Assembly: GCA_976226885.1 (NCBI GenBank)
Contig: OZ320322.1
Span: forward strand, 28,768,001 to 28,832,000
Direction of reading: 5' to 3'
Source: Iphione sp. A-MEVVRFRX5
Taxonomy: Eukaryota
DNA length: 64,000 nt
This document shows positions 26,101 to 40,084 of this stretch, piece after piece. The first letter of the stretch is position 1. The number at the start of each line of letters is the position of its first letter. A program made the position numbers and the translations under genes. The notes beneath the pieces were generated by a model. The model worked only from the letters and a program-made list of their open reading frames with translations. It was not told where the DNA came from and made no database searches.

Positions 26101-27506
26101 ACAGTCGCCGTTTGTGCAAGGCAGAGTCAGCAAAGGCTCTCCAGGGGATCCTCCATGAGGTGGGAGAGGCAAGCGGGGTGGGCTCAAGGGGGATTGAAAT
26201 CAATGCGCCCCGGCAGGGGTACCTGCCGCTTAGCCTAGCTGTGTGCGGCCAGGTGTGGTTATGGGGGTACCCGAGTTAGCCAAGCAAACCCTTCTATGCC
26301 AGGCGTCCCACACAGCCGAATGGGATGGGTTTATGAATTATGGACCGACAGATTCCGCAGCAATTATCACAGGATTTTAGGTCGATGAATTGTACAAACT
26401 AGGCCCAGCTATATTAAGATGTCGGAACAAGATAACGATGGATGCAGATTCACGAGACTTGGGATTAGTGTGTATTGACTGCACGAGGCTCAAAGAAGAG
26501 AGGAGACGAAGAAGATTCGGTAGAAATCCAACATCAATGCCTTCATTGTGACCAAAAGCATAAGAATGGCTCAGAGGGACGAGATGCTATTATTTTTTTT
26601 AAAGAAAACCAAGATAAGGAAGCAAGGAGAGGCAGAAGGAATAGGGCAACGAGGAAGAGGGGAAATGGGACACGTTCCTCTTGTGTGTAAATCCCATTGG
26701 TCACTAGGCAACAGATCCAAGAGACTTTGAACGTCACAGCTGACAAATGATTCCTCGCGGGGTCTGTCAGCCTGGTATCAAGGATGCACAAAACCTTGGC
26801 CGACCAGATCCGCGAGAGGGCATCAGTGTGCTAGGCGGGCGAATACTCTCTTGGTTCAGGGGGTCGCCAACTGGGACCAAGGGACAATCCCAGTAAGTCC
26901 GGACTAGACCAGATACCCAAGTGTCTGCTGAGTCAGACACTTGGATGCATGCATCCTAACATAGACTATTTATAGGGTTGACACTTCCTAATGTCTAACT
27001 TTTGGCAATCTAACCACTAGTACACTCATGCGATACTGTAAGCTCGATGTTTTTACAAGTATGTACATGTATATTGATTTGGGTAAGTCGTGGTGCTTGG
27101 TACCGAAATACCATGCCGTATTCTCGAGTTATGCAGAGGAAAATTGGCTAACTTACATTATGACACAAGCAGTTTTCATTCATTCCTGACACTGCTCTTG
27201 ACCTAGGGGAAGCCGAAAGGTATCAGCACTTGACCAAAATATTGAGGTTTATACAGTAGCCTGTTTCATTTTCTGATTTTGTGTCGGTGATAATTGGATT
27301 GTCCTCAAGAGAAGGGTTCAGGTCAAAAACCTACAACCCCCAGGACAGGACAAAAATGAAATTACACACTGTGCACTGCTTGCTAAGTAGCCTTGATTGA
27401 CGGTAGATTGTGATCGATTATAGGGGATGACCCTATGCGCTGCTGAGATAATAGGATCAGTTATGTCAAACTGGCAACAGTTAGAGCGACAGTGATGTTG
27501 CTCCAA

Positions 27507-27575
27507 ACCTACCAACTAGTGGGTTAACAGGGCAAGCAATGGATGATGATTACCTAGACAAAGCAGCACCACTCA
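27507..27575 (-). other. Weaker recursive-splice-like site with 41-nt cryptic exon (27553-27513)
   Basis: Minus strand reads GCTGCTTTGTCTAG|GTAATC...ACTAGTTG|GTAGGT. The 41-nt exon has stops in all three frames. The regenerated donor GTAATC is suboptimal. Confidence 0.25.
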
Positions 27576-27713
27576 CATAAATAGTCTTCTATACAGTGCT
27601 CGTTTTCGACGTGATAGATTCAGGGATTTGTTTGTACTGAGGTGATTTTAAGATATTATTTTACTCCATGACATTTGCGTATCTGTCAAGGTTGCTTTTT
27701 TTCCAAACGTCGG

Positions 27714-28043
27714 TTTGATATCCTGATTATTATTACCGGTATGAACTCGTACAATGAACGGATAGTTTCGAGGTCTATCTCATGTGTCTCAAAACATCAT
27801 CTGATTTCTGTCAAGCACATTCAAATTTACGATGGTGTTAAGTTCATACTCAAGTCCACGGTTTTCGAATTACACGATTTTTTTATGCAGCTCGCTAACG
27901 ATCTTGTCTCTGAAACTTCCCACATAAAACGCAAAAGGTCAAGTCGTCTGCATGATACAAGAGCTGTGAGCACATTTTATATGGAAGGACCTAATGCTAT
28001 TTGCTGGTACTTGGGGGAAATAGGACGAGATGATATAAATTGA
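27714..28043 (+). mobile_element. Decayed Penelope-like reverse transcriptase core
   Basis: One frame carries, in PLE order, FDI.....T (motif A-like), VKFILKSTVFELHDFFMQ about 50 aa later (cf. LxxCLxSTYFxFNGxFYxQ), STFYME (cf. ANLYME) and GRDDI (cf. RYVDDI). Confidence 0.5.
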
Positions 28044-31016
28044 AAACCAGTATATACACTCTGTAAATATCGTTTTTTCTGTGTCCCATTTGTCTCCATA
28101 TTTACTACTATTCATCTGTTGACGTGGTTGTACTATTGTTGCTTCTTGGAACGGTAATTTTATGCAACAGATGTATGACAAAAGAGCTTCGAATGACGGT
28201 TAAAAAATGTTACTTTCCCATTGACAGAATCATGTCGCAAGAGAAATGAACCTAAAGCACCAATAATTCAATATGATTCACCGTTTTATATAGTGTCCTC
28301 TAATGTCTGTAGAGATATGCATATGAGATTTGCTCTCGTGACTATTTCCTTCCATGTCACTACCTTAAAAAAACATGAGACTTCGGATAATATTTATAAA
28401 GTACATGTAATTTGCATCTGATGTACCGGAATGTCCGTCATTTGTATGCAGGGCTTAGAAAGGGAAAATGACTAATGCAACCTTGTTTAGGGGCAGGAGT
28501 TGGCTCTTGTAGAGCCAGAAGTTCTGAATGTGCCTTATCTTTCTATTAAGTCTGGTGGCATCGCATGTTTAGATCTTACAGCTTAAGACGTAGAAGCACT
28601 TAGATAAAAACACCGAGACACTGAATAAGCTTCCAGCGAAAGTCGAAAAAGCAGCCAGACAGATCAGGGAATTACCACACCGTGGTAAAGAACGCTGCAG
28701 GAACCCCAGAACCTGACAATATTAAAACACTTTTTAGGGAAAAAAATAATTAAACAGGTCTCTTAATCGCTCAAGTCGATTTCAGATTGATTTATTGGAC
28801 TGTTTCATGTTGACGCTTATTCCACAGACAAATCTATTATGCATAGGCTTTCCAGACGGAGAAAAATAAAAAGTTGCTTTGAAGCCTTGAAGAATTCAAG
28901 GTGTCAACGATTGGCGCTGACGAAGAATAGTTTCTGCACGACATGATCTGCATGCTATTTATTGATTCGCCGGAGGACTGAAATGATCAGAGAAATAGCT
29001 TCCATTCGCCCCGCCAGAAGGCGCCTCGAACGCTTTCCATCGGTGACGCATATAAACGCCCCGGTCTTTGTTCAGTGTAATATGTCTAGGTACATCGTGT
29101 TCAATAGCATCGTGGTCCTATTAAGCCTGGCCCAAAAGACCATTGCAGTGTTATTACCCATACTTGGCACGCCAGCACCTTACCCCCTTACGCACACGAA
29201 CCACTCCCTTCCCGCCTGTGGCCGGAACTCTTTAGCCACAATGCTTCATTATCCATCGCATGACAAACGCTACCTCTGCGTCTGCTCTGTCCTCCCCATC
29301 TCCTGTTCCAAAGAGTTCCATTTCCCGTTTCGCAAAGCAATGTGGGCTACGGCCTTTTAAAGGAGGGTCAGCAAAATTCTCTTTGTTGCGTTTCAATGTT
29401 TTTGCAAACAAAATTAAACATGTACCATAATACGCCGTGTTTGCTTCAAAGTCCCACGAGTTTGGTCAACATTCTTTGTGATAAAACTCCCTCCGTGTCT
29501 CCTTGCAGAGAGAGTGAGAGAGCGAGAAAATGGGGGAAATTTTGCTCTCTCGGGAACTGTAACTGGCTTTATAGTTATTTCCTTCGAAGTCTCTCTCTCT
29601 CAAACGATCTCATTCACTGTTGTCCTCTGCTTCGCATTCTTTTCTCTCTTTCGACCTTTCATTCTTCTTCCATGTGTATATGAATTTATGCATACCTTAA
29701 TGTACATTGTATACATATACATGTATTTACATATCAATGATCCTAGCTTCTCCCCCCCCCCCTTAATCTCTCTCTCCATCTGTGGGAAAGTATTTCAGCC
29801 GACCAGACCTACAAATTGGTAAGACGAAACCGACTTTCACTGCATTAATAATACAGTTCTTTCCCAGAATCAGTGATAGGTTAATTGCAGCCTTTCGCGA
29901 AGGCAAACCCGGTCACTGACTTGAAGATTGGTAGTCATCCCTTACGATGACTATGAGATGAAACCAAATTAGAGGGCAGTCTGAGAACCCCTACGTCCAA
30001 CCCCAGCATACGCCTACATAAACGGGATGTCTTTCAAAGTTCCACATGTAAAGCTTTCTGTGGGAGGAAAGAAAGCCTTACGCTAGACAGAGTGGAACAT
30101 TAAGGCGTCTGCTTGTGTGTGTTTATTGTAGGCAGGTATAAAAGTTGGCGCAAAGCTTGCTGAAAGGCCGGGGCCTCTGCCATCACGGTGGCCATTGAAT
30201 TGGGCGGCTCCTTGCCCCCAGTGGGCCACGGGCCTGCAGGGCCCATTACATTGCCGAGTGGCGTTTGAAATGGGGGGGGGGGGGGTTCTTATTGCAGACC
30301 TAGCATTTCACACCTTGCGCACCCCCTGCTCACGATTCATACAAAGCCGAATTGGGTTTCCCTGGATAGAACGGACGAATGGGCTGGTGCGAATTTCGGT
30401 GCAGCGCGGAATGGGGTGCGTGGCAAATTGAGTGTCCACCAACGGTAGGTCTGGGTTCTCATTAGTATTGTTTCCCGCGGAGCGACTCAGTTGAAGTCCC
30501 GTTTTCGAACTTAGCAATACCCCTTGCTCTCTCAATATAGGAACAGGGCACCACCTACCATGGCCCTGTCTCCTAGAATTGATATGACAAATTGCAAGGT
30601 CGATACAAACCTATCTACTGCGAGCGAGACAGGATTTCTACACCTGATTGGCCTCTAACGTGAGGGGAAATTGAACGACTCGTAATGGACGCAATAAAGT
30701 TTGCCCGCCATTTCTCTCCTTCTTATTATCTGGAAATGGCATACAGGTTGCCATGGATTTGGAGTCTAACATGCGTGTGATCTTCGCTCTGCACGCACAC
30801 CACCTTCGACTAGCCTATCTTAACTTGGACGTGGCGGACGTGGAGGGAGGTGGGGGGGGGGGTTCTTGACCTGACCAAGGAGACACCGTACACCAGTCTA
30901 TGCAGGCAGGACGCCCCCCCCCCACCCCGCACCCCCTTGCAGCTGCGTATGGGCCCCACATCGTCGGATGCCGCCCCTTCTTGCAGGCAGGCTGCCTGCC
31001 TGTCCGGAGATCCACC

Positions 31017-31043
31017 CAGCAGCAGCAGCAGCAGCAGCAGCAG
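31017..31043. repeat. (CAG)9 microsatellite in a GC-rich segment with poly-G/poly-C runs
   Basis: Direct observation. Confidence 0.9.
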
Positions 31044-34000
31044 CCCTGCCACCAGCGACGTGTGAAAGCGCCGCCCGCCCGTAATTGGTATAATTACCCG
31101 CACCGCTCGGGGGACCAGCCGAGCCGGGTTCGGGAGGTGTGGGGGGGGGGGGTACTTGTACCGCCTTCCAAAGGCAAAACCGCCAACTTTCGTCGTTTAT
31201 ACCTGGCGGCGGGCGCCTCGGCTGATATGTCATCATGTCATTACCAGGCTCCCGTCAGGGGGCGTTGGTAGGCAGACCACTGCTTGGGGCGCCGGCAGGG
31301 GGTTCGACGTTATTGCGCTTAAGATCGATCTCCTGAATTATTGGACAGCTGTGTGTTCTGTATCCTATTCTCCATGGCCTAGCATCATGACCCAGGTGTT
31401 CGGACAGAAACGTATTTGCTGCCCCCCCCCAAATAAAGTCTAGCAGATGTAGCCCACCTGAATGTCAAAGAGACACCTCTATTCAGGAATGCTATCAATC
31501 TACCCCTGTCATTTAAAGTTATGTTTTCGCCCAGTTTCCCATAACATTTGACTGCAGTTTTCCCTATTCAAGGTCAGCATTCTGTAATCACATGTAAATA
31601 CCATCTTTTAAATGGACAGTCATCAAACATAGAAGTATTTACAATGAAACTGTACAAAGTGCGCATACAGCATAATCGTCGTCAATATCATTGAAATATC
31701 ACTGAAAGCAAAAAATAAAAAAACAAAGAGAACAAGTCTACACTGAATCGCAATTCTGAGGGAAAATAAGTTAAGTATTGCAATTTCGAATCATTTTCCC
31801 TTTGCAATACAGGGCCTATCGAGTCGTATCGTGCATGTTCAAAGTGGCCTTACCGCTCTAAACCTGTCGCCAATAGCAAGGTAGGCTTAAGCTACCGGCG
31901 CGCCGACAAGCGGCGACCGGACCAAGTTCATTGGAGGTGCAGTGATGGTGAGAGGCTACGTTGTAACCCAATCATCGGGCCCCATCACACTCATTGTTGC
32001 TGCTGCGAACCTGGCACTCCAGTGGCCTTTGCTGGCCGGCAACACCAACAGTAGCCTTAAAGCATGTAATTTAGTCACCGTCAATCAATGCCAATTGCAG
32101 TGGCAGAGCTTTGTTGTTCTATACGAAGTATCAGGGACGTCAACCGTCACGTGATAGGTTCGTTGGATCAGCGCCACCAGGTTAAGGGACTGTAGTTGTC
32201 AGAAGTGTCACACCTACATGTTTATGTTTACACGTATGGCGTGATCATTTTATACGTGTACATGTATATGAATATCAAAATACAGGATAATACTGTACCA
32301 GTGAAAGATGTGTTCACTGAACCGTATGTATACATGTACATGATGGGTTCATTGCTAATGGTGATTCTTAAAAAGATGCTAATTTAACCATCATATCTTT
32401 GAATTATATAGGGGGCGGCAGTAAATTTTAGAGGGAAGGGTAAAGTTGCATAATATGAAAGTTGATTTTAATAACGTGCATGCCCAATGCTCAACCAGAG
32501 CAGGACTCTGAATCCTGTACCTGAAACTGTCATTACATTAATCTGAGATGACGAGATCATTCCCTGGATAGTTACAACTATGTAATTGGTAGCAGGTCTC
32601 CCGTGGATATGCGTGTGTCTGGGGGCGTGTACATGAGTGAAAATATATCAGATATTAGAGAAAATATACAATCAGTAAATTAGACTTCACATTTTAAAGC
32701 ATAAAGTTACAAAGAAGCGTGATATGCACCGCGAGAGTGATGAAAATACAATTGAAGGAACACTGTAAATTTCCAAATAGAAAAGTTACAAGAGATAAAC
32801 AGGAGCATCAGGCATCAGCTAATGGGAAATTTCTATTGAAATACATTACTTTAACGTAAATTGAAAAGATAAAATCACAGTTAGAATTGATCCAAGTATT
32901 GGGCCAACTAAAGGCATGAAAATACCGTCAATTGACCTGAGAAGAAAACCATGGGGAAGCCGTAAGATAAGAGGAAGGAACATAATTAGATAGTTAGATA
33001 CAGCTACAGATATGCAGCTATTATAGATAAGGATAGATTTTCAGAGTCAGACAAAAGGACAAGAATGCAAATATTAACAGAAATCCATACAGACTATTAA
33101 TGACATGTCTAAACTATGGGGGTAACGGGATAAACTTTATTGTCTTTTAATATCTATGCCCATCTTCCGTGCTCAGTTCAATTACAGCAAATTAATTTTC
33201 CAGCTAGTTCATTAAGACGAGGTTTTATTGAATGTAGAAAGCACATGCAGCTGGCTATATCTTGTCCCAAAGACCCGCAGGCATCGCGTCTTATGCATAA
33301 TTCGTGTAGGAGACTTTTGAAGGCAATGCCCAGTCGGTAAAAAAAATACACGTAGACAAGTTGATAAAGCAATGAGAGCGAATTTATAAAGACAAGATAA
33401 GAGACGCTGCAGTTGAGCCTCCATTATTGAATGCACGTCAAAAAGGTCGCTCGCAGTCTCGATTGTTTGGAGACAAAAGGGGCAGTGGGAGATGGAAGGG
33501 GGAAGGTTTGGCTCTGACGCACGTTTCGACGCCCTTCATAGCGTGGGTGCTTGAGCAGAGACAAGGCCGTTTCTGTAATGACCTTTTCAGAACGTGACTG
33601 AGAACATCATCCGACCGTAGGCTTTCCTTGATCGACACTGTTAATTGCCCATGCCACGATCCCAACCGCACTCTGTTTCAGCCGACGCCCTACAAGGGCA
33701 CTTTCTGCAGATGGCAGACATCTTTGCGCACACAATTGTACTCTGTTGGTGATGGTTTGGAAAAAGGGGCCTTTCCGAGTTAAGTATCGGTCGCAGAGCT
33801 GACTCATCCCATCACAGAGATCCTCGTCCCCGGCAGTTGGTCGTGACTGATATCATCGACGGATAAAACGATCGTGACCAAAAAAAAAATGTTTTACTCA
33901 GACATTGCATTAGCGAGGATGGATTCATTTCGTTGTTGTATTGTTGCAGGCAGCACGCTACTTCATCAGAGGGCTTTTCAGCATACATCTGCTTTTGACT

Positions 34001-34810
34001 GTGGTGATGTATAAGTGTGTGTGTGTGTGTGTCTGTGCGTTTGATGAAGCGCATGAGCTACAGGCGGACAAATAAGATGATGAAATAACGTTTGTAATCG
34101 GCAAAGCTGCGAAAATGGCACATAAAGCTGATGAGTCTGTTAATTGCTGGCAGTTCAACCTATAGTTATAACACTGGATGATGCCCGTGATAAAGGTCTG
34201 TGGAAAGGGGAGCAGCTGATCGAGGCCGGTGAAAAGGGAACAGAGGACTATAGTATGTATCCCTCTGTCGACCTGCACGTGCAGTTCTTGTTTCCGCTGT
34301 ATAAAATGTACGTTGAACAGAGTGTATGCGAGTGTGTGTACGTCTAAATGTCAGCAGTCATGAAATGTGCGTGCGTGCCTACACACGCGTCCGTGCGAGC
34401 GGGAAATGCACGTGGCCGCGTGATTCGGTGGAACCTAAAAGCATGAGCACGTGCGTTTGCCCTGTGCATGGTCGGCCATGCGCAAAAGTTAATCTTTTTT
34501 TTGTATCCTCGTGTGTGTATCAGCGCGTTCGTGTAGGGTGGGGTGTGTGTGTGTGGGGGGGTGATGCTTGTCAATGCGTTTGTTCGAAAATGTTTTTCAC
34601 GTATGCTACTCATAAGACGCACTACGCACTAGCGAACACGCGGAAGGCCGCTTCACGCACGTGTGTGTGGCTCTCTGCTAAGATAACTCCCCATCTGAAG
34701 CACTCCCCCCAAACCCTATGGGTGTGCCCATCAGCACTCGCCGTCGTAACAGATGTCATGTCATGCCCACATAGACATGCCCCTCCTGATTAGCTTCAGG
34801 TATCGAGACT

Positions 34811-34860
34811 CGACCGTCGGCGCATGCGTCATGACATGGCGGAAGTGGAAGCTGCAGGTC
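34811..34860 (+). promoter_or_regulatory. Housekeeping-type promoter motif cluster (NRF1, YY1-like, ETS/GABP) in a CpG island
   Basis: GCGCATGCG (34820-34828), CATGGCGG (34835-34842) and CGGAAGTG (34840-34847) are packed within 30 bp. The CpG-rich zone spans about 34330-34930. Confidence 0.45.
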
Positions 34861-35939
34861 GAGCGATGCTGAAGGCGTGGGCTTCATGGTCTGACCCAGT
34901 CTAAAGCGCAAGTGGCGAAGGTTTATGGCTTTGTTGCAAGACAAATTGGTTCATTACCGTTAAGTGCCTCAAATGAGCAGAATATGATTTTTCTATGAGC
35001 TTCATGTTCCCTCCCTTGCACGGTAGAACCTCTTTTTCTCATTCAGTCTCGTTCATTCTCCATAATGCTATTCGTTCCTTCCTTGTTCTTCAAGACCAGA
35101 AAAACTACTTTACATCAATCAACACTGATCACCTAAATGTATGTAAAACTAAAGGTATTCGTCCAAGGAAAACTGGGAGTCATTCGTATTATCTCTTACT
35201 TCACTTTTCCAGTTTTCAGATTTACATGTTTATCTCGTCTAATCAATAGAACTAGCTGAATACGTACAAATACGTTATTTTATAGATGTGGCACATATTC
35301 CAGATTCTAACCTGAAGCAGATACATCAGTGTGACCTAGATCCATCATCAGTAGATACCAAAGCATGCACATGGCTGCTTGTATCTACACTATCAGTCAA
35401 GTGTTCATAAACTGCTCCTGTCCGAGACTACACTACGAGGGTCTAACTGCAGTTTAACTCGAGTTCTGGCAAGTTTTCTGGTGCATATATAATCATGCAG
35501 CGCTCATCAAATAACCCTCGATACATATCTTTCCTATTTGTCTCATGAAAACGCCGGTCGGCTGTAAATAAACGGCGCGCTGCAACTCATAAAGGCTCAG
35601 GTCGTCTCCATCTGTCCCTGTCCGTTACCCATTCATCCTTCATTCAGGTTGAGCCTGGCGCCCGCCAGTGCCACTAACCGGACCGGCTGCCGGCGACCTG
35701 CAAGGCCTAGTCCAAGCCACACCTCGACTGGCCGTGTCCGTGGCTGCGTGCTGGGCGTGGTGGCTAATGTGGTCCCCGCCTGCCAGCTCCACCTCGCCAG
35801 CCACTGCTTTGGTAAGGTAATTTACGACCAGACTAACTCCAATCAAGTCATCGTTTTCTCGTCGGGGCCCTTTTTATCAGCCGTCCAGCGCGCCATATTT
35901 CACACCCAAGTTGTCGTGACTCGCCGTCCGTCCCAATCC

Positions 35940-37200
35940 CAACGATCCTGGTCGTCCTACCCACCACTTCCACCACTACCATCTGCCACCACATGCCACC
36001 ACCTACCACCAGCAGGTTCCCCCCACACCACCACCTCCCCACAAGCTAACCCCCACCGTTAGCAGCAGCAGCAGCAGTAGCAGCAGCAGCAGGCTCTTCC
36101 TCCCCTCACATGCCCGACACTGTTCACCGACCAAAGCCTCATCCTGCTCAACACATCAACCGCAGCACAACCGACACCCCCTCCCCCCCCGCCTCCCCAG
36201 CTCCACGGCCCTCAACCACCAACGCCAGGCTTGCTGCCTGCCACAACCTCCCCCCAGGCTTAGCCTCCCCCTGTGTCTCGTTGCCCATCACACATTCATC
36301 CCAGGGATTTGCACCAGCTCGTGGCGCTGTGCATCCGTCCGCGTCGGTTTTACCCGGCGCTGCTTTATCGCCGGCCGCACGCGCATTCCGTCACCGCAGG
36401 AGGATCTGCTGCCGTGTCAGCCGCTCGTCTCCTTTCTTTTCCAGCCCACGACATCCGTCCATCCCTCTCTCTCTCTCCACAAGCCTCCTCCTACTCCAAC
36501 CAACCAACCAACCATCGCCTCCCCCCTGCTCGCCCGCCAACCCGACCATCCACCTCCACCACCGCTACCGCCATCCTCAGCAACAGGAAGCTGAGGAAAA
36601 GCAGCAACGCCCCCTATTGTCACTATTCTAAGTAACACTCAAACCACGAACTCCAATGGTTTTTTTTTTCTTTTACAAAGGAACCAGCATCATGCCCAGC
36701 ACTATCAACATCCAAACTACTACCGCTATCACAATCAGAAAACACTAGTACCATCTCATACACCTAGTATTTCCAACAATGCGGCGTTAACAACCTGTTG
36801 TTCGAGACACACGTGCCTTCATTTAACTTCCACATCGTTCCGCAAAGTTATCACAAACAGGTGAAAACAGATATCGCCATGATCCGCACCTCAATTAGCG
36901 CTCCAAGAAAGGACTGCACACAACGGCAAAATTACCGATGGCAACATTGTCGAGTTACCGGACAGAAGCAACACGGCTACAGGCCCCAACGTGAATGAAA
37001 ATACCCATCGACACTATACACGCAGTAAAATATCGCAAATTTGGGCCTACTGAATACCATCATCAAGTCATTCTTTTTTATCTCTACACCACCACCACTA
37101 ACACCAATTCCTAATCAACGCCACAGCAGCTTGTGCATCCAGCATTTCGGGGTGAAAACCATTCCCAGCTATACTCCCCTCCAAACTCCAGCCTCATCCT
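35940..37200. repeat. C+A-skewed low-complexity block with interrupted (CAG)n at ~36060-36091
   Basis: The plus strand is dominated by CAC/ACC/CAG/CAA triplets. The overlapping ORFs are P/H/S-rich with no domain. Confidence 0.65.
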
Positions 37201-37901
37201 AGCGAGCCGTATCCGCACGGCCCCATCCCCCTCCGACGCAATGAAAATTTACACGTTCACACGTCGACAGGCGTTCCATCAACGTCCGTCCGTTGATTAG
37301 CAAATATGCACTAATTAATGGGCGTCGATGACGCTGAAGGATTGCCTATGACGACGACGGCTGCGCATTTTCGTCATTTTTTCCCCCACTCTGCTTTTGA
37401 GGATCATGTCTTTCGAAAGCCCAGCCAGTGCCGTCGACAGAGCAGTCATAACCACTATCAGCGCCGCTCCCAAAGGGACTACATGCTACTCATTTATTAG
37501 ACAACTATTCAAACACGCACGAAGAATGCGTAGATAGGAACAGATGCATATAAAGGCCGTTTGAAACAATAGGGACTGAAGATGGCCAGAGTAGCATGAG
37601 TAGTATATGCATGTACTCGGGCCGGTCTGAGTGGGTGGAAATTCAAAGCCAGCAATAGAGACGAACTTGTCCACGATCACATTGGGTGAGAAACGCGAAT
37701 GTGAGTTGTAATTCTATTACTTTAACATTTTAAAACGTACTGATTCGTAACAACATGGACGGTGAGGAAAAATGGCCTCAGTTTCCTTATCTGGCAAGCG
37801 TCTCGTGAGGCCAAGTAGTGTTCGACGCGACTCCCAAAATGCAGTTCTCGTGTAGTGAGAGGCTGCTGATGGACTAGGCCCTACCTCGTGGAGACAGCAG
37901 T

Positions 37902-37903
<2 letters not shown>

Positions 37904-37953
<50 letters not shown>
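37904..37953. repeat. (GA)n microsatellite, ~25 units
   Basis: Direct observation. Confidence 0.95.
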
Positions 37954-37956
<3 letters not shown>

Positions 37957-39708
37957 GGTACAAGGCATCTGAATTGCTCGCAGCCTGTTATATCAAATTA
38001 TGCTATGGTTTTAGTCCTCGGTACAACATCATATCACGTTCCATCGCAAGATTAATCTTCATTGAAAATGTAAAACGAGCCTGTAGACGCGACTCCAACG
38101 TCACGTACACTGAAAAAGCAACGGCACACACGAATTGGTTGAAAATCAATCTACGTGCCCTTAGGAGAAGCCAGACGCTGCCGTAAAAATGTTATATTTA
38201 TATTATAACATGTACCACCCTTCGCCTACTGTCTAGCTGGTAGTTGTGCCAGTATATGGAACCTCTTTTGTTTCTGTGTATTTTTTGTTGTTGTTTGTTT
38301 TTTTGGGGGGTGGGGGGGACCTGTGCCGGTGGGGTCATAAAACCAGACAATCAATAGTGTCTATGGTCGACACCTGGAGAACGTCAAAGGCAGAAGTGTA
38401 TAATAATTGGTGGAGGATGCGTGTGTGGAACAGAGCGCTTTGTTGTCCGGTAAAGTCACCTACCAATGACCTTGTCTGGTTGTACACATGTGTATATGCC
38501 AGTAATACTGCTTGAAGCTACTTTGGAGCCTAAAGTATGTGGGGAAGAGGGGGACGGGCGACCTCAAGCTTTGATCGGGCTCCCCGCTCATGTGCGCAGG
38601 AACGTGTGAGTATATTAGTAGTATTGCTTCAAATGGGGCACCTTAGAGCTTGTCACGGGCTGGCGTGACTCTTAGAGGACAGCGGTAAATCACACGGAGC
38701 ATACGATTCGTTTGATGACGCACGCAATGATAGAATCAGGTCGGAGCAGAATGGCTGGCTTTCAGACAGTCATTGGCGTCCTTTCCCTTGGCTGCTTCCT
38801 TTTATACAACTATCAAAAGCATTCGTTCTGCCTTTACCTCCAGGTGGCAGTTTGCAAGGCTGGGCCACCGTGTCTCTTGGTTATGGCTGGAGTTGTTTAC
38901 AGTTGTAATGGTGCTCCACTTCAAGGTATCACCCGGCCCTCTTTTAAAAGTGCCTCCAGTCGTGGCCCTCTCACTCCGCTCGGCCTGGGATGGCCTGCCT
39001 GGCGAGCTCTTAACCCAGAACACATGAAAGGTGTGGTGTAACACAAAATAACCCTTTTTTGTGGGTGCTCCTCCCAGGCAGCGGCTTTTATAACTCCTTC
39101 AATGCAGGGGTAAAGTGGAACCGAAAAAAAGGGGATGAGGGTCAAACGCCTCGTGGGCGGCGGGAGTAGGTGGGTGGGTGGGGGGTGGGGTTGCGGCCAA
39201 AGGCAGCGTGTGTCTTCAGGGCTGGAAGGCACGAAGCGTGTGGAAGAAAGGTTCTGAAATCACAGCGATAAGGATGCCATGTATGAAAAAGAAAGATACA
39301 ATGGAAGGATGATTGTCTCACCTGTTCGGGTACAATAAATCAGCGCCTTAAGCATGTGAGAGGGGGCAGCTCCCTCACTCGGCGCCGCCGCCGCCGCCGC
39401 CGAGTACAACAGCAACCAATTTCCCTGGCCGCACTAAGTAACGCACCCGTATCACGTTACAATCCCCGACTACCTGCCGGCTTAACCGTTCAAATCTCCT
39501 TGCCTCTTCTAATCCATAATTCCCTCGCAGACGAGGGGGAAAACCACCATAGGATTAATTTTTCAAATCATGCAAAGGATTTTTTTTGCGTTCTAACAAA
39601 GTGTCGATTTCTAAAATATACATGGTTGGTAAGGGAGACGACGGGGTCCCAAAAAATATAAATGAATGTTTATAAAACGTCGGGGAGTTTTTTTTCCTCC
39701 TCCTCAAG

Positions 39709-39895
39709 CGACATCTGTCAATAAAGATGTAAATGGAAGCGCTGACCGTAAGGAGAAGCAGAACGTGAGCAAAGGTGAAGGTCGCAGCAAGGTCACGCCT
39801 GCTGCGACACCTACCTGGGTGGGCGCCGTGATCAATGTTCATTTCAGGTCAGGTGTCAACAAGCGAATGGCCATGGTGAATGGGCAGGCATGGAG
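39709..39895 (+). CDS. Candidate exon 1 of a phase-compatible two-exon segment, unknown product
   Basis: The tract TTTTTTTTCCTCCTCCTCAAG| precedes an open frame (TSVNKDVNGSADRKEKQNVSKGEGRSKVTPAATPTWVGAVINVHFRSGVNKRMAMVNGQAW) that ends at GAG|GTAAT. Confidence 0.22.
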
Positions 39896-39963
39896 GTAAT
39901 AAAGCAGAAACCGTGTTCTTTACAAAGGTACCCTAAGTGTTCTTTTTTTTCATACGATACCAG

Positions 39964-40084
39964 CGCCACCTCCCTTTCACCGTGCTCAAAGGTCTTCACC
40001 ATTGGCCACGTGCGGTCGGAAGTTCATGTCAACGGCACCATTGCTGAAGAGGCCTCCGTTTACGCTCTATTGACAATGTTATGA
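39964..40084 (+). CDS. Candidate exon 2 (terminal) of the same segment
   Basis: The 68-nt putative intron 39896-39963 has GT, a CTAAG branch-like site, a T tract and CAG. Splicing keeps the frame: ...AW-S-ATSLSPCSKVFTIGHVRSEVHVNGTIAEEASVYALLTML*. Confidence 0.22.

Noticed and set aside
4725-31310. tRNA or SINE B-box-like GGTTCGA words (4731 minus, 31301 plus)
   Set aside because: There is no matching A-box or cloverleaf stem.
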